Shown piece by piece: positions 60,000 through 64,000 of a stretch of DNA of 64,000 nucleotides. The first letter of the stretch is position 1. Each line of letters starts with the position of its first letter. The DNA is from the human T2T-CHM13v2.0 reference genome, Homo sapiens: the NCBI RefSeq assembly GCF_009914755.1, contig NC_060947.1; one strand, given 5' to 3'. The position numbers and the translations under genes are program-made. The notes under the pieces are model-generated. The model did not search any database, was not told where the DNA came from, and saw only the letters and a program-made list of their open reading frames with translations.

Positions 60000-61733
60000 A
60001 TTTTTTTGTTTTTAACTTTTAAGTTCAAGGGTACATGTGCAGGTTTGTTATATAGGTAAACTCGTGTCACGAGGTTTGTTGTACAGTTTATTATGTCACC
60101 CAGGTATTAAGCCTAATACCCATTAGTTATTTTCCTAATCCTCTCTTTTCTCCCACTCTCCACTTTCCAGTAGGTGCTAGTGTCTGTTGTTTCCCTTTAT
60201 GTGTCCATGTGTTCTCATCATTTAGCTCAACTTATAAGTGAGAACATGTGGTATTTTGTTTTCTGTTCCTACATTAGTTTGCTAAGGATAATGGCCTGCA
60301 CCTTCATCCATGTTCCTGCAAAGGATATGATTTTGTTCCTTTTTATGACTGCATAGTATTCCATGGTGCATATGTACCACATTTTCTTTATCCAGTCTAT
60401 CATTGATGGGCATTTAGCTTGATTCCAGGTCTTTGCTATTAGGAATAGTGCCGCAATGAACATACACGTGCATGTGCCTTTATGGAAGAATGACTTATAT
60501 TCCTTTGGGTTTATACTCAGTAAAAGGATTGCCTGATCAAATGGTCATTCTGTTTTTAGCTCTTTGAGGAACTGTCACACTTCTTTCCACAATGGTTGAA
60601 CTGATTTACACTCCCATCAACAGTGTATAAGTGTTCCCTCTTCTCCACAGCCTCACTAGCATCTGTTATTTTTGGACTTTTTAGTAGTAGCCATTCTGAC
60701 AGGTAAGAGAGGGTATCTCATAGTGGTTTGGATTTGCATTTATCTAATGCTCAGTGGTGTGTTTTTTGTCATATGCTTCTTTGCTACACATATGTCTCCT
60801 TTCAGAAAGTGTCTGTTCATGTCCTTTGCCCACTTTTTCATGGAGTGGTTTGTTATTTTCTTGTAAATTTGTGTAAGCTCCTTATAGATACTGGATATTA
60901 GACATTTGTCAGATGCATAGTTCGCAAATATTTTCTCCCATTCTGTAAGTTGTCTGCTTACTCTGTTGATAGTTTCTTTTGTGGCACAGAAGCTCTTTAA
61001 TTAGATCCCATTTGTTAGGTTTTACTTTTGTTGTGATTCCGTTTGTTGTCTTTGTCATAAAATCTTTGCTCATTTCTATGTCCAGAATGGTATTGCCTAG
61101 GCTGTCTTCTAGGGTTTTTATGGTTTTGGGTTTTACATTTAAGTCTTTAATCCATCTTGAGTTGATTTTTGTGTGTTTTCTAAGAAACAGGTGTAGCTTC
61201 AATTTTTTGTATATGGCTAGCCAATTATCCCAGCACCATTTATTGAATAGGGAGTTCGTTCCCCATTGTGTGTTTTTGTCAGGTTTGTTGAAGATCAGAT
61301 GGTTGTAGCTGTGTACCTTATTTCTGGGTTCTGTATTTTGTACCATTGGCACATGTGTCTGGTTTTGTACCAGTACCATGCTGTTTTGATTACTGTAGTC
61401 TTGTGGTATAGTCAGGTAGAATAATGCCTTCAGCCTTGTTCCTTTTGCTTAGGATTTCCTTGGCTCTTCTGGCTGTTTTCTGGTTCCATTTGATTTTTAA
61501 AATAGTTTTTCTTTCTAGTTATGTGAAGAATGCTTTTAGTAGTTTGATAGGAATAGTATTGAATCTATAAATTGCTTTGGTCAGTATGGCCATTTGAATG
61601 ATATTGATTTTTCCTATCCATGAACATGAAATGTTCTTCCATTTGTTTGTGTCATCTCTGATTTCTTTGAGCAGTGTTTTGTAATTCTCATTGTAGAGAT
61701 TTTTCACCTCCCTGATTAGCTATATTTCTAGGG

Positions 61734-61764
<31 letters not shown>

Positions 61765-62984
61765 GCAATTGTGAGTGGGACTGCATTCCTGATTTGGCTC
61801 TCAACTTGACTATTGTTGGCGTATAAGGTTGTTAGTGATTTTTGCATGTTAATTTTGTATCTTGACACTTTACTGAAGTTGTTTATCAACTGAAGAAGCT
61901 TTTGGAACTAAACTATGGAGTTTTCTAGCTATAGAATTATGTCTTCTGTAAACAAAGATAGATTGACTTCCTCTCTTCTTATTTGGATGTGATTTATTTC
62001 TTTCTCTTGCCTGATTGCTCTGGCCAGGATTTCCAATACTATATTGAATAGGAGTGGTGAGAGACGCATCCTTGTCTTATGCCAGTTTTAAAGGGGAATG
62101 CTTCCAGCTTTTTGCCTATTTAGTATGATGTTGGCTCTGGGTTTGTCATAGGTGGCTCTTATTATTTCAAGGTATGTTCCTTCAATACCTAGTTTATTTA
62201 GAGTTTTTAACATGGAGGGCATTTATTGAATGCCATTTCTGCATCCATTAAGATAATTATGTGGTTTTTGTTTTTAGTTCTGTTAATGTGATGAATCACA
62301 TTTATGAATTTGCATATGTTCAACCAACCTTGCATCCCAGGGATAAAGCCTCCTTGATCACAGTGGATTAGCTTTTTAACATGCTGCTCGATTTATTTTG
62401 CTAGTATTTTCTTTAGGTCTTTTGCATCAACGTTCATCAAGGATATTGGCCTAAAGTTTTCTTTATTTGTTGTGTCTCTGGTAGTTTTTTGTATTAGGAT
62501 GATGCTGGCCACATAGAATGAGTTGGGGTGGATTCCCTCCTCCTCAATCTTTTTGGAATAGTATCAGTGGGAACAGTGTCAGCTCTTCTTTGTACATCAG
62601 GTAGAATTCATTTGTGAATCTGACTTGTCCTGGGCTTATTTTGGTTGGTAGTCTATTTATTGCTGGCCCAATTTTGGAGCTCATTATTAGTCTTTTCAGG
62701 GATTCAATTTCTTCATGGTTCAGCATTGGGAGGCTGTATGTGTCCCAGGATTTATCCATTTCTTCTAGATTTTCTAGTTTGTGTACATAGAGGTATTCAT
62801 AATATTCTCTGATGATTGTTTGTATTTCTGTGGGATCAGTGGTAATATTTCTTTTGTTATTTCTAATTGTTTTTATTTGGATCATTTCTCTTTTCTTTAT
62901 TAGTCTAGCTACTTGGCTATCTATTTTATTATTTTTTTCAAAAATCCAACTCCTGGATTTGTTGATCTTTTGAATTTTTTTATG
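60000..62984 (-). mobile_element. L1PA (approx. PA13-PA16), 5'-truncated, ~3 kb
   Basis: L1PA 3' UTR and ORF2 fragments 60269-60463, 60909-61379, 61519-61707 and 62544-62885. Confidence 0.92.
61737..61764. repeat. (TG)n microsatellite
   Basis: Pure TG run. Confidence 0.95.
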
Positions 62985-63144
62985 TCTTTAGGGATGAACT
63001 TAAATGCCTGGCATCATCACAAGAGTGTCTTGAACTTAATGGAGCTTATGCTCAGAAATAAAGTTATTTTATTTTTATCTTGTAATTCAAATTTTAATGA
63101 ACTTTTTGAGGTCTCTTTGTATGTTTTATTTATCAAAAATGTTT

Positions 63145-63400
63145 AAAATCTAGTAGGAAGAATAAGGCATCTCTACAAAATATCATAGTACTTTAATTAG
63201 AAAGTATAAGAGACATCAAAGCACATGCATGGAACTACAGAGGAAGAGGAATGCATACCTATTGGTCAGGAGATCTTTGTGATGATTTCATTGACCCTGG
63301 AAGTTGAAGGATACATAGTATTCAATCTGAAAAATGAGAGTGGGGTTTTTATGAATTTGACACATCATGAGCAAAGATATAAAGATGAAAAGGTGAGAAT
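63145..63400 (-). mobile_element. Possible L2 relic
   Basis: catggaactacagaggaagagg and gttgaaggatacatagta show only weak similarity. Confidence 0.4.
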
Positions 63401-63486
63401 CCTTTTCTACTTTTCAATTTTTCGCTAACAGTCTGTGTAATAGTATATGGATCCAGTAACTAGAAGACAAATGTTTGGAGATGAAG

Positions 63487-64000
63487 AAGATCATGGCGGA
63501 TGGGAGGCGGGACTAGATTGCAGCTCCTGACAGAGCAGCATGCGGGGGCTTGCCTTGTGAATTTTAGCTCCAGATCGACTGCAAGAACAAACCAGCAATC
63601 CTGAGAAGACCCACAGACCCTCTGAAAGAAGCAGACTGCTCCTGTAGGACCCAGGGGACACCCCAAATACCGTGAGTGCCCCAGCTGAGGAAGTGGGAAA
63701 AGGAGACCCTCCTCTCCTGAACACACACCCCCACTGGAGAAACTTACGGTCTGTTTGCAGGAGCAGTTTCTGACTTTATCTGAAGTTGAGTCAAGTTATA
63801 GAGCTGAGAGAAATACAGGGGTAGAGGATGCAGCAGAAAGGCCCTGGAATCTCACTAGGTTTCCAAGCAGCCCATTCCTGCCTGGCACCACAGGGATCCA
63901 TCTGGAGGGTGGCCAGAGGAGCAGGGGATAAAACTCCGCAGGCAGAAGTAATTCTCTAGCTGAAATTTGTAACAATTTAAATGGGGCAAGAAGCCTGGCC
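63487..64000 (+). mobile_element. L1PB (L1PBa-type) 5' UTR / internal promoter, continues beyond the window
   Basis: gatcatggcggatgggaggcgggactagattgcagctcc...gtgaattttagctccagatcgactgcaagaacaaaccagc. GC-richer, with an ATGGCG YY1-like core. Confidence 0.85.

Larger units (their letters stand above)
59424..63121 (+). mobile_element. HSMAR2 mariner transposase fossil, 5'-truncated, in two parts (59424-59999 and 62985-63121) split by L1PA
   Basis: Encodes NKWDQDPEAFL.RIVTGDET (first D of the DD34D triad), ESVLRKLAK...PGKLHQRV.LHH.N.PAH and LNSQDPQ with stops and frameshifts. It resumes tctttagggatg...cttgaacttaatggagcttatg and ends in TIR-like gaactttttgaggtctctttgta. Confidence 0.9.

Overview
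AT-rich primate (most likely human) genomic DNA that is dominated by interspersed repeats. I recognise no protein-coding gene, RNA gene or CRISPR array, and nearly all ORFs in the track are L1 ORF1/ORF2 remnants, Alu read-throughs or microsatellite translations. The window holds four large L1MA1-3-type LINE-1 copies: two near full-length on the minus strand, one 5'-truncated, and one internally deleted on the plus strand. It also holds L1PA, L1PB, L1MB and L1MC/MD pieces, about 21 Alu copies or fragments (one very young, AluYi6-like, with an 18-bp TSD), L2 relics, MaLR LTRs, hAT MITEs and an HSMAR2 mariner fossil split by an L1PA. The most unusual structures are: (i) an Alu-spacer-Alu cassette inside one 20-bp TSD, consistent with a retrotransposed Pol III read-through transcript; (ii) an L1PA plus L1MA 3' end inside one TSD, a candidate 3' transduction; (iii) an ~85%-identical inverted duplication bracketing an L1PB/THE1B segment; (iv) a poly(A)-only insertion with a TSD; and (v) a few short, splice-site-bounded candidate exons in the non-repeat islands. 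Subfamily names come from recalled consensus sequences and need RepeatMasker/Dfam confirmation. Boundaries without TSDs are approximate. I do not see firm evidence for a new biological system.
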